Below, piece by piece: positions 23,455-35,400 of a stretch of 64,000 bases of DNA; the stretch's first letter is position 1; every line of letters begins with the position of its first letter. The DNA lies in contig NIVC01000461.1 in NCBI GenBank assembly GCA_002269645.1, positions 248,001 to 312,000 of the forward strand, read 5' to 3'. The notes beneath the pieces were generated by a model. That model searched no databases and had not been told where the DNA came from. It saw nothing but the letters and a program-made list of their open reading frames with translations. This stretch comes from Macrostomum lignano (lineage: Eukaryota). The translations under genes and the position numbers were made by a program.

Positions 23455-26400
23455 GTAAGTTTTTTCAATATTTTATTTGTTTTTTTTAACTTTATTGTAA
23501 TTAAAAGTAAGTGTTACAATTTTTAAGATGTGTTAATATATATGCAAGCAGGAGTCTCCAGCTGCCACTGTACTGTCTGACGAGGAAGAGGAAACTCAGT
23601 TCATCCGCTGGGTAGGCAGGCCCAGGCTTAGTAGAGAGCTGTCAATTCTGCTAGACAGAATTTATTAGTTTGACTAATTAGCCAATCATGCTTCGTTTCA
23701 GCACAGTAGAGTACACAGGGCGCCAGGAGTTCCTCTCTGTGTCAGCGGGGCCAGTTTGTGTGTCAGGAGTTCCTCTCTGTGTCAGTGAGGCCAGTTTGTG
23801 TGTCAGGAGTTCCTCTCTGTGTCTGTGGGGCCAGTTTGTGTGTCAGGAGTTCCTCTCTGTGTCAGTGGGGCCAGTTTGTGTGTCAGGAGTTCCGCTCTGT
23901 GTCAGTGGGGCCAGTTTGTGTGTCAGGAGTTCCTCTCTGTGTCAGTGGGGCCAGTTTGTGTGTCAGGAGTTCCTCTCTGTGTCAGTGGGGCCAGTTTGTG
24001 TGTCAGGAGTTCCTCTCTGTGTCAGTGAGGCCAGTTTGTGTGTCAGGAGTTCCTCTCTGTGTCAGTGGGGCCAGTTTGTGTGTCAGGAGTTCCTCTCTGT
24101 GTCAGTGGGACCAGTTTGTGTGTCAGGAGTTCCTCTCTGTGTCAGCGGGACCAGTTTGTGTGTCAGGAGTTCCTCTCTGTGTCAGCGGGACCAGTTTGTG
24201 TGTCAGGAGTTCCTCTCTGTGTCAGCGGGACCAGTTTGTGTGTCAGGAGTTCCTCTCTGTGTCAGCGGGACCAGTTTGTGTGTCAGGAGTTCCTCTCTGT
24301 GTCAGTGGGGCCAGTTTGTGTGTCAGGAGTTCCTCTCTGTGTCAGTGAGACCAGTTTGTGTGTCAGGAGTTCCTCTCTGTGTCAGTGGGGCCAGTTTGTG
24401 TGTCAGGAGTTCCTCTCTGTGTCAGTGAGGCCAGTTTGTGTGTCAGGAGTTCCTCTCTGTGTCAGTGGGGCCAGTTTGTGTGTCAGGAGTTCCTCTCTGT
24501 GTCAGCGGGACCAGTTTGTGTGTCAGGAGTTCCTCTCTGTGTCAGCGGGACCAGTTTGTGTGTCAGGAATTCCTCTCTGTGTCAGTGAGGCCAGTTTGTG
24601 TGTCAGGAGTTCCTCTCTGTGTCAGTGGGGCCAGTTTGTGTGTCAGGAGTTCCTCTCTGTGTCAGTGAGGCCAGTTTGTGTGTCAGGAGTTCCTCTCTGT
24701 GTCAGTGGGGCCAGTTTGTGTGTCAGGAGTTCCTCTCTGTGTCAGTGGGGCCAGTTAGTGTGTCAGGAGTTCCGCTCTGTGTCAGTGGGGCCAGTTTGTG
24801 TGTCAGGAGTTCCTCTCTGTGTCAGTGAGGCCAGTTTGTGTGTCAGGAGTTCCGCTCTGTGTCAGTGAGGCCAGTTTGTGTGTCAGGAGTTCCGCTCTGT
24901 GTCAGTGGGGCCAGTTAGTGTGTCAGGAGTTCCTCTCTGTGTCAGTGGGGCCAGTTTGTGTGTCAGGAGTTCCTCTCTGTGTCAGTGGGGCCAGTTTGTG
25001 CGTCAGGAGTTCCTCTCTGTGTCAGCGGGACCAGTTTGTGTGTCAGGAGTTCCTCTCTGTGTCAGCGGGACCAGTTTGTGTGTCAGGAGTTCCTCTCTGT
25101 GTCAGCGGGACCAGTTTGTGTGTCAGGAGTTCCTCTCTGTGTCAGCGGGACCAGTTTGTGTGTCAGGAGTTCCTCTCTGTGTCAGCGGGGCCAGTTTGTG
25201 TGTCAGGAGTTCCTCTCTGTGTCAGCGGGACCAGTTTGTGTGTCAGGAGTTCCTCTCTGTGTCAGTGAGGCTATTTTGTGTGTCAGGAGTTCCTCTCTGT
25301 GTCAGTGAGGCTATTTTGTGTGTCAGGAGTTCCTCTCTGTGTCAGCGGGACCAGTTTGTGTGTCAGGAGTTCCTCTCTGTGTCAGCGGGACCAGTTTGTG
25401 TGTCAGGAGTTCCTCTCTGTGTCAGTGGGGCCAGTTTGTGTGTCAGGAGTTCCTCTCTGTGTCAGTGGGGCCAGTTTGTGTGTCAGGAGTTCCTCTCTGT
25501 GTCAGTGGGGCCAGTTAGTGTGTCAGGAGTTCCGCTCTGTGTCAGTGGGGCCAGTTTGTGTGTCAGGAGTTCCTCTCTGTGTCAGTGGGGCCAGTTTGTG
25601 TGTCAGGAGTTCCTCTCTGTGTCAGTGGGGCCAGTTTGTGTGTCAGGAGTTCCTCTCTGTGTCAGTGGGGCCAGTTTGTGTGTCAGGAGTTCCTCTCTGT
25701 GTCAGTGGGGCCAGTTAGTGTGTCAGGAGTTCCGCTCTGTGTCAGTGGGGCCAGTTTGTGTGTCAGGAGTTCCTCTCTGTGTCAGTGGGGCCAGTTTGTG
25801 TGTCAGGAGTTCCTCTCTGTGTCAGTGGGGCCAGTTTGTGTGTCAGGAGTTCCGCTCTGTGTCAGTGGGGCCATTTTGTGTGTCAGGAGTTCCTCTCTGT
25901 GTCAGTGAGGCCAGTTTGTGTGTCAGGAGTTCCTCTCTGTGTCAGTGAGGCCAGTTTGTGTGTCAGGAGTTCCTCTCTGTGTCAGTGAGGCCAGTTTGTG
26001 TGTCAGGAGTTCCTCTCTGTGTCAGCGGGACCAGTTTGTGTGTCAGGAGTTCCTCTCTGTGTCAGCGGGACCAGTTTGTGTGTCAGGAGTTCCTCTCTGT
26101 GTCAGTGAGGCCAGTTTGTGTGTCAGGAGTTCCTCTCTGTGTCAGCGGGACCAGTTTGTGTGTCAGGAGTTCCTCTCTGTGTCAGCGGGACCAGTTTGTG
26201 TGTCAGGAGTTCCTCTCTGTGTCAGCGGGACCAGTTTGTGTGTCAGGAGTTCCTCTCTGTGTCAGTGAGGCCAGTTTGTGTGTCAGGAGTTCCTCTCTGT
26301 GTCAGCGAGGCCAGTTTGTGTGTCAGGAGTTCCTCTCTGTGTCAGCGGGACCAGTTTGTGTGTCAGGAGTTCCTCTCTGTGTCAGCGGGACCAGTTTGTG

Positions 26401-29400
26401 TGTCAGGAGTTCCTCTCTGTGTCAGCGGGACCAGTTTGTGTGTCAGGAGTTCCTCTCTGTGTCAGTGGGGCCAGTTTGTGTGTCAGGAGTTCCTCTCTGT
26501 GTCAGCGGGACCAGTTTGTGTGTCAGGAGTTCCTCTCTGTGTCAGTGAGGCCAGTTTGTGTGTCAGAAGTTCCGCTCTGTGTCAGTGGGGCCAGTTTGTG
26601 TGTCAGGAGTTCCTCTCTGTGTCAGTGGGGCCAGTTTGTGTGTCAGGAGTTCCTCTCTGTGTCAGCGGGACCAGTTTGTGTGTCAGGAGTTCCTCTCTGT
26701 GTCAGCGGGACCAGTTTGTGTGTCAGGAGTTCCTCTCTGTGTCAGTGGGGCCAGTTTGTGTGTCAGGAGTTCCTCTCTGTGTCAGCGGGACCAGTTTGTG
26801 TGTCAGGAGTTCCTCTCTGTGTCAGTGAGGCCAGTTTGTGTGTCAGGAGTTCCTCTCTGTGTCAGTGGGGCCAGTTTGTGTGTCAGGAGTTCCTCTCTGT
26901 GTCAGTGGGGCCAGTTTGTGTGTCAGGAGTTCCGCTCTGTGTCAGTGGGGCCAGTTTGTGTGTCAGGAGTTCCTCTCTGTGTCAGTGGGGCCAGTTTGTG
27001 TGTCAGGAGTTCCTCTCTGTGTCAGTGGGGCCAGTTAGTGTGTCAGGAGTTCCTCTCTGTGTCAGTGGGGCCAGTTTGTGTGTCAGGAGTTCCTCTCTGT
27101 GTCAGTGAGGCCAGTTTGTGTGTCAGGAGTTCCGCTCTGTGTCAGTGGGGCCAGTTTGTGTGTCAGGAGTTCCTCTCTGTGTCAGTGAGGCCAGTTTGTG
27201 TGTCAGGAGTTCCTCTCTGTGTCAGTGAGGCCAGTTTGTGTGTCAGGAGTTCCTCTCTGTGTCAGTGGGGCCAGTTAGTGTGTCAGGAGTTCCTCCCTGT
27301 GTCAGTGGGGCCAGTTTGTGTGTCAGGAGTTCCTCTCTGTGTCAGTGGGGCCAGTTAGTGTGTCAGGAGTTCCGCTCTGTGTCAGTGGGGCCAGTTTGTG
27401 TGTCAGGAGTTCCGCTCTGTGTCAGTGAGGCCAGTTTGTGTGTCAGGAGTTCCTCTCTGTGTCAGTGAGGCCAGTTTGTGTGTCAGGAGTTCCTCTCTGT
27501 GTCAGTGAGGCCAGTTTGTGTGTCAGGAGTTCCTCTCTGTGTCAGTGGGGCCAGTTTGTGTGTCAGGAGTTCCTCTCTGTGTCAGCGGGACCAGTTTGTG
27601 TGTCAGGAGTTCCTCTCTGTGTCAGCGGGACCAGTTTGTGTGTCAGGAGTTCCTCTCTGTGTCAGTGAGGCCAGTTTGTGTGTCAGGAGTTCCGCTCTGT
27701 GTCAGTGGGGCCAGTTTGTGTGTCAGGAGTTCCTCTCTGTGTCAGTGGGGCCAGTTTGTGTGTCAGGAGTTCCTCTCTGTGTCAGTGGGGCCAGTTTGTG
27801 TGTCAGGAGTTCCTCTCTATGTCAGTGAGGCCAGTTTGTGTGTCAGGAGTTCCTCTCTGTGTCAGTGGGGCCAGTTTGTGTGTCAGGAGTTCCTCTCTGT
27901 GTCAGTGGGGCCAGTTAGTGTGTCAGGAGTTCCGCTCTGTGTCAGTGGGGCCAGTTTGTGTGTCAGGAGTTCCTCTCTGTGTCAGTGAGGCCAGTTTGTG
28001 TGTCAGGAGTTCCTCTCTGTGTCAGTGGGGCCAGTTTGTGTGTCAGGAGTTCCTCTCTGTGTCAGTGGGGCCAGTTTGTGTGTCAGGAGTTCCTCTCTAT
28101 GTCAGTGAGGCCAGTTTGTGTGTCAGGAGTTCCTCTCTGTGTCAGTGGGGCCAGTTTGTGTGTCAGGAGTTCCTCTCTGTGTCAGTGAGGCCAGTTTGTG
28201 TGTCAGGAGTTCCTCTCTGTGTCAGTGGGGCCAGTTTGTGTGTCAGGAGTTCCGCTCTGTGTCAGTGGGGCCAGTTTGTGTGTCAGGAGTTCCGCTCTGT
28301 GTCAGTGAGGCCAGTTTGTGTGTCAGGAGTTCCGCTCTGTGTCAGTGAGGCCAGTTTGTGTGTCAGGAGTTCCGCTCTGTGTCAGTGGGGCCAGTTTGTG
28401 TGTCAGGAGTTCCTCTCTGTGTCAGTGAGGCCAGTTTGTGTGTCAGGAGTTCCTCTCTGTGTCAGTGGGGCCAGTTTGTGTGTCAGGAGTTCCTCTCTGT
28501 GTCAGTGAGGCCAGTTTGTGTGTCAGGAGTTCCTCTCTGTGTCAGCGGGACCAGTTTGTGTGTCAGGAGTTCCTCTCTGTGTCAGTAGGGCCAGTTTGTG
28601 TGTCAGGAATTCCGCTCTGTGTCAGTGGGGCCAGTTTGTGTGTCAGGAGTTCCTCTCTGTGTCAGTGGGGCCAGTTTGTGTGTCAGGAGTTCCTCTCTGT
28701 GTCAGTGGGGCCAGTTTGTGTGTCAGGAGTTCCTCTCTGTGTCAGTGAGGCCAGTTTGTGTGTCAGGAGTTCCGCTCTGTGTCAGTGAGGCCAATTTTTG
28801 TCAGAAGCTGAGCTTTAAGCATCAAGGATGTCAATTTTTGTTGTCACTGGAAACAGAAGTCTCATCAGTCGTAATACAGTATTTATATTTTGTACCATCG
28901 TCCAGTCACTCTCCAGTACTCTGTACGCACAGAACGTACCTTTTTTAAATTATCGCGCGTCTATTTTTGTTAATATTATGTGCCTTTTCTTTCAAAATCC
29001 AACTGAACAGTCGATTTCGCCGTTGGAGAGTTTCAATCTTTCTAAGAAAATCGGCCAGTGCCTGGGCCTTATCGAGGACGATGAACGTGAGTTCAGGAGT
29101 TTGCAGATAGAGTTTTTGCACGAGATTGATTCAATAAATTGAAAACTCAAAACGAATTATTCATAGCGGACTACATCAGTGGGCCATTCACGCGAAATCG
29201 GCTGCACCTGTTCAAGGGACACGAGAACACTGAGACGTTCTTCCGGCCGGCTCTGAGATCGTACTTGGTGAGCTGGACTTCATTTCAGCTACTTGTAATA
29301 TCCTGCTTTTAATACTCGCGACATCGAAGCTAAGATAGATTGGTCTCTTGCAGACCTACAATATCCTGATCAACGCTGATATTGGCTCCAATGTGCCGGA

Positions 29401-32400
29401 TGTGGATAAAGACGTTTCTAAGACTGGTGAGTTCAATATCAAAGCATGTAGATCAAAGCACAGCGGGAGATGGCGGCACATTAAAGTACAACAGGGGATG
29501 GCGGCACATCAAAGCACAGAAGGGGATGGCGGCACATCAAAGCACAGCAGGGGATGGCGGCACATCAAAGCACAACAGGGGATGGCGGCACATCAAAGCA
29601 CAGCAGGGGATGGCGGCACATCAAAGCACAGCAGGGGATGGCGGCACATCAAAGCACAGCAGGGGATGGCGGCACATCAAAGCACAACAGGGGATGGCGG
29701 CACATCAAAGCACAGCAGGGGATGGCGGCACATCAAAGTACAACAGGGGATGGCGGCACATCAAAGCACAGCAGGGGATGGCGGCACATCAAAGCACAAC
29801 AGGGGATGGCGGCACATCAAAGCACAACAGGGGATGGCGGCACATCAAAGCACAGCAGGGGATGGCGGCACATCAAAGCACAGCAGGGGATGGCGGCACA
29901 TCAAAGCACAGCAGGGGATGGCGGCACATCAAAGCACAACAGGGGATGGCGGCACATCAAAGCACAGCAGGGGATGGCGGCACATCAAAGTACAACAGGG
30001 GATGGCGGCACATCAAAGCACAGCAGGGGATGGCGGCACATCAAAGCACAACAGGGGATGGCGGCACATCAAAGCACAACAGGGGATGGCGGCACATCAA
30101 AGCACAGCAGGGGATGGCGGCACATCAAAGCACAGCAGGGGATGGCGGCATATCAAAGCACAGCAGGGGATGGCGGCACATCAAAGCACAGCAGGGGATG
30201 GCGGCACATCAAAGCACAACAGGGGATGGCGGCACATCAAAGCACAACAGGGGATGGCGGCACATCAAAGTACAACAGGGGATGGCGGCACATCAAAGCA
30301 CAGCAGGGGATGGCGGCACATCAAAGCACAACAGGGGATCGGATGGCGGCACATCAAAGCACAACAGGGGATCGGATGGCGGCACATCAAAGCACAACAG
30401 GGGATCGGATGGCGGCACATCAAAGCACAACAGGGGATCGGATGGCGGCACATCAAAGCACAACAGGGGATCGGATGGCGGCACATCAAAGCACAACAGG
30501 GGATCGGATGGCGGCACATCAAAGCACAACAGGGGATCGGATGGCGGCACATTAAAGCACAACAGGGGATCGGATGGCGGCACATCAAAGTGCAACCCTT
30601 GGTGGTACATCAAAGTGCAACCCTTGGTGGTACATCAAAGTGCGAGGTAATCTTCTACCAAAGTCATCCGCCCTCTCTCCCGTCGCTACGGCAACGCAGC
30701 CCTGCCAAAGCTGTTGCACCGGGGCGCCTTCATAGACGCGTTCATTCTGCACGACCCGTCAGCCGACGACCCCTGGGTCTCCAGTCTCAAAGCCGCTTGG
30801 TTCAAGCGCCATCCGGACGACTTAGAAACATCAACGGCTAATCTGCCGAATCTAACAACGTTAAGGCGAGCCTCAACCCCGGTTGCCAGGCTGTTGAAAT
30901 CAGTTCGGCGAATCGGCGAGTGCCGGTTCGATTACAGCTACGAGCCTGACGAGCGCAGACGACTCGGCCAGGTATGGAGCAGCCTGGTGAAGTACCAGCC
31001 ATTGGACAGGGTGCGGAACTACTTTGGAGAAAAGGTCGCCTTCTATTTTGCCTGGTCGGGTCACATGATCAGCATGCTGTGGGCTCCCATGCTGATTGGT
31101 CTGGCAATCTTTTTGTACGGGCTGGCGCTCAGGTAAGCTGAATCTTGTTGACACCTGGAATGTAGGGTCACGATCGAATAGTGCCAAATACCTAAGCCGT
31201 TTAATATTTTATAAAATATTAAATTTTCAGTATCGAAAGGCACATAATCAACGGTGGGACGTCTCCAGCCTCAAAGAATAGAACTGCTGATGCAGTTGAA
31301 CAGTAAGTTAGTTCCATTTCCCAGGCCTGTGCACGGCTTGTAAAGTGCTGGCACTGTTGGGGTCGCACTGCCACTCAATCGCAGCGGAAGTGAACCCTAA
31401 CCGCCTCTAACCCAACCGAGACACATTGAGACTAGCAAATGTAATAAAACCACGGCAACCAGTCTAGCGAGGGTAATAAACCCGCACACAGGGAGACTAG
31501 CAAATGTAATAAAACCACGGCAACCAGTCTAGCGAGGGTAATAAACCCCCACACAGGGAGACTAGCAAATGTAATAAAACCACGGCAACCAGTCTAGCGA
31601 GGGTAATAAACCCGCACACAGGGAGACTAGCAAATGTAATAAAACCACGGCAACCAGTCTAGCGAGGGTAATAAACCCCCACACAGGGAGACTAGCAAAT
31701 GTAATAAAACCACGGCAACCAGTCTAGCGAGGGTAATAAACCCCACACAGTGAGACTAGCAAATGTAATAAAACCATGGCAACCAGTCTAGCGAGGGTAA
31801 TAAACCCCACACAGTGAGACTAGCAAATGTAATAAAACCATGGCAATCAGTCTAGCGAGGGTAATAAACCCCCACACAGGGAGACTAGCAAATGTAATAA
31901 AACCACGGCAACCAGTCTAGCGAGGGTAATAAACCAGACACAGGGAGACTAGCAAATGTAATAAAACCACGGCAACCAGTCCAGCGAGGGTAATAAACCC
32001 CACACAGTGAGACTAGCAAATGTAATAAAACCATGGCAATCAGTCTAGCGAGGGTAATAAACCCCCACACAGGGAGACTAGCAAATGTAATAAAACCACG
32101 GCAACCAGTCTAGCGAGGGTAATAAACCAGACACAGGGAGACTAGCAAATGTAATAAAACCAGGACAATCAGTCCAGCGAGGGTAATAAACCAGACACAG
32201 TGAGACTAGCAAATGTAATAAAACCAGGACAACCAGTCTAGCGAGGGTAATAAACCCGCCATTGCAAAACCGCCACTCACCTTATATCCTGAAATCGCAG
32301 AATGATGGCCCTAGTAGACGACATGCTTGCCACAGTGAAAGAGGCATTCGACAACCTGTTAACTCCCATATTTGCCATCATTATCTGCCTGTGGGGCACT

Positions 32401-35400
32401 CTGCACACGGAGATGTGGAAGCGCTACAGAGCCACCCTGGCCTACGAATGGGACGTGAACAATTATAAGCACGCCGAGCCTGACAGGCCGGAGTTTGTTG
32501 GAACCATGGAGAGACCGGTAATTCTGTCGTTTCACACTTGATCTCAATTCTAATTGAGTAGTGTTCGCCAATATATATTAAACTCATGGCAAAATGATCT
32601 TCGCAGGATCCAATTACTGGCAAGAGCGACTCCTACTACCCTGGCCACTATCAAGCCATGAAATTTGTCACCTCATTTATCATCCTGCTGCTGATGGTGC
32701 GTTCGCTTGCTTTGAAACAGTGTAGCTCTAATCATAGCTCTAGTTTCAATTGGTAGCTATAGTAGTGGCTCTAGTAAAAGCTCTAGTAGTGGTTCTAGCA
32801 GAAGCTCTAGTAGTTGGTTGCCCTAGTAGTGCCTGTAGTAGTGGCTCTAGTAGTAGCTCCAGTAGTGCCTGTAGTAGTGGCTCTAGTAGTAGCTCTATTA
32901 GTGCCTGTAGTAGTGGCTCTAGTAGTAGCTCTAGTAGTGCCTGTAGTAGTGGCTCTAGTAGTAGCTCTAGTAGTGCCTGTAGTAGTGGCTCTAGTAGTAG
33001 CTCTATTAGTGCCTGTAGTAGTGGCTCTAGTAGAAGCTCTAGTAGTGGCTCTAGTAGTGGCTCTAGTAGTGGCTCTAGGCCCCAATAATAGCTCTAGATT
33101 ATGGTAGCGGCTCTTCACAACGCAGCCAATGCCGGATGCAGACTAGAGTGCACCCCTTCCACCCGCTGCAGATCTGCGTAGTGTTCATCGGCGTTGCCGC
33201 AGTTATCGTCTATAGAATCTTTGTGACCATTCGCGTCTGCCCGAACGTCACCAGCTCCAGCTGCCTGCTACTGAATGCAGTCGTCAGCTCCCTGCTAAAC
33301 GCCGTCTTCATTATCGTGATCGGAAAGGTGGGCGCCTTGGTAACTGAGCTGAATTCGGATTTGCTTAATACATTAATCCGTGTGCATTGGCTAGATTAGC
33401 AATCCATTCTATTCCTTAATTCTGAAGTCCGGACTAGTCTTAATCAATCAATTCCCACCGTATTTACAAGGCAGAGCCCATCCGAACAAAAGTGCAAATA
33501 CGTGGGCCATAATGACTTCCACACAGAACTAAATGCCATCAGCTCACAGTCCCTATTCAAATTGACTGTCAAAGCTCTCTGTAATCATTCTTATCCCCTC
33601 ACCCGATTATTACCTTTGCAGGTGTACAACAATATTGCGTACGCCTTAACTAACTGGGGTAAGTGGGGCGAATGTTTGCTCAGGGAAGAATTCCCAACCT
33701 GCGCAGTGCAGGTGCAGGCAAGCATTCAGTCAGTTAATTTCCACCAGCTGACTCAGATTATTGCCAATGCCCGCAGAGAACCACCGCACGCAGAGCGACT
33801 ATGACAATGCCCTCATTCTGAAGCTGTTCGCCTTTGAGTTTGCCAACTCCTACAGTTCGCTGTTCTACATTGCCTTCTTTAGAGACGTAAGAAGACTTTA
33901 GAAATCGATCGATGGAGGTTGAGTCAATATTAAAAATACAAAATGCCTATTTTTAAAGCCGTTTTATATGAAGTATCATCGCCAGTAGCTTTGCTTTTTG
34001 CTCAAGACAATGTACAGTTGGTTCAGACCCATTTTAAAACTGATTTAACCAGGGGCAGAGCAAAAACGGCTCTGATTCAGGCACCACAAAACCTCTGGTT
34101 CGTTTCCATGTGCGGCCACTTTCATTTGGCCTGTGAGTTGTCTTTGCATTTCACATCCGTGAAGACCAACCCCAAGGCACAGAGACTGTACATGCCATGT
34201 ACATAAACAACGGGGGTTGTAGCCTAGTGTTCAGAGCGTCGGACTCACGACTGGAAGGTCGGGGGTTCGATTATCGACCCACTTGGAACAATTTGTGTCC
34301 TTAAGCAAGTCACTTAACTCTGCATTGCTTCAGTTCACCCAGCTGTAAAATGGGTGCCAGCATTAGCTGGGGTAATTGAGGGTGTGTGTGGCGACCCCCC
34401 AGTCCTTGGACTGAACAGCCGTACGCAGCCTTCAGATGCGCAGCGCAATAGCTGCGGCTGAGCTGTCGGTTGCACATCTGCCCATTGGGGCTGGTGTAAT
34501 CACATTATTATTTTTTATAATTTTAAGTGCATATTGCAATCGCTAATCCAAGCACAGTTTTCAGCCCCTACCCGCCGCCTGATCCTTGCAGAAGAACATG
34601 TTCACACCGGAGAACGGCATCTTCAATTTGGGCAAAGAGTTTGTTGACACCTGCGGCTCCGACGGCAACTGCATGTCGATGCTGTCTCTGCAGGTGCTCA
34701 TCCTGATGATTGCCAAGCCGATGCCAAAACTGTTCACGGATCACGGGCTGCCGTGAGTGCAGAAGGGATATAGTGCTGTTTCTTTGAAAATACATGTATA
34801 GAGTTCTTTTCTATAGGCAATTAGTTCTTAGAAATAATCTTAGAAATCTTTTTCTTATAAATCTTAGAAAATTTACATTGTTACATTTACTGTGTAACAC
34901 TGTTTCTTGAAAAATTTACCATTGGTTCTTGGAAAGTGTAGCACTGTTTCCCAGGAAGTATTATGCGGTTTCTTGGAACGTATAAGACTGTTTCTTGGGA
35001 AATTTATCATTGTTTCTTGCACTGTTTCTCAGGAAATATTATGCGGTTTCTTGGAACGTATAACACCGTTTCTTGGAAAATTTACCTGTCTTTCTTTGTA
35101 AGTCGATCACTGTTACTCAGGAAGTAATATGTGGTTTCTTGGAAAGTAAAACATTGTTTCTTTGTTCTGAAACTTTCTAATTGTTTCTTGGAAAATGTAG
35201 CACTATTTCTCAGGAAATATTATGCGGTTTCTTGGAAAGTATAACACTGTTTCTTGGAAATATTAGCTATGTTTCTTGGAAAACGTGTAGCACTGGTTTT
35301 AAGGAAGTATTATGCGGTTTCTTGGAAAGTGCAGTCCTTATTTCTTGCAAAGGGTAGTGCCATTTCTTGGAAAGTCGACAAGGGCCAGGCTTTTCTGCTA

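Noticed and set aside
23688-28948. Dozens of overlapping ORFs; CRISPR-like regularity
   Set aside because: This is a 40 bp head-to-tail repeat with no unique spacers and no cas genes, inside a eukaryotic intron.
29348-30841. 497, 422 and 333 aa ORFs
   Set aside because: Read-through from anoctamin exon 5 into an intronic 28 bp array; the true exon ends at the GT at 29427.
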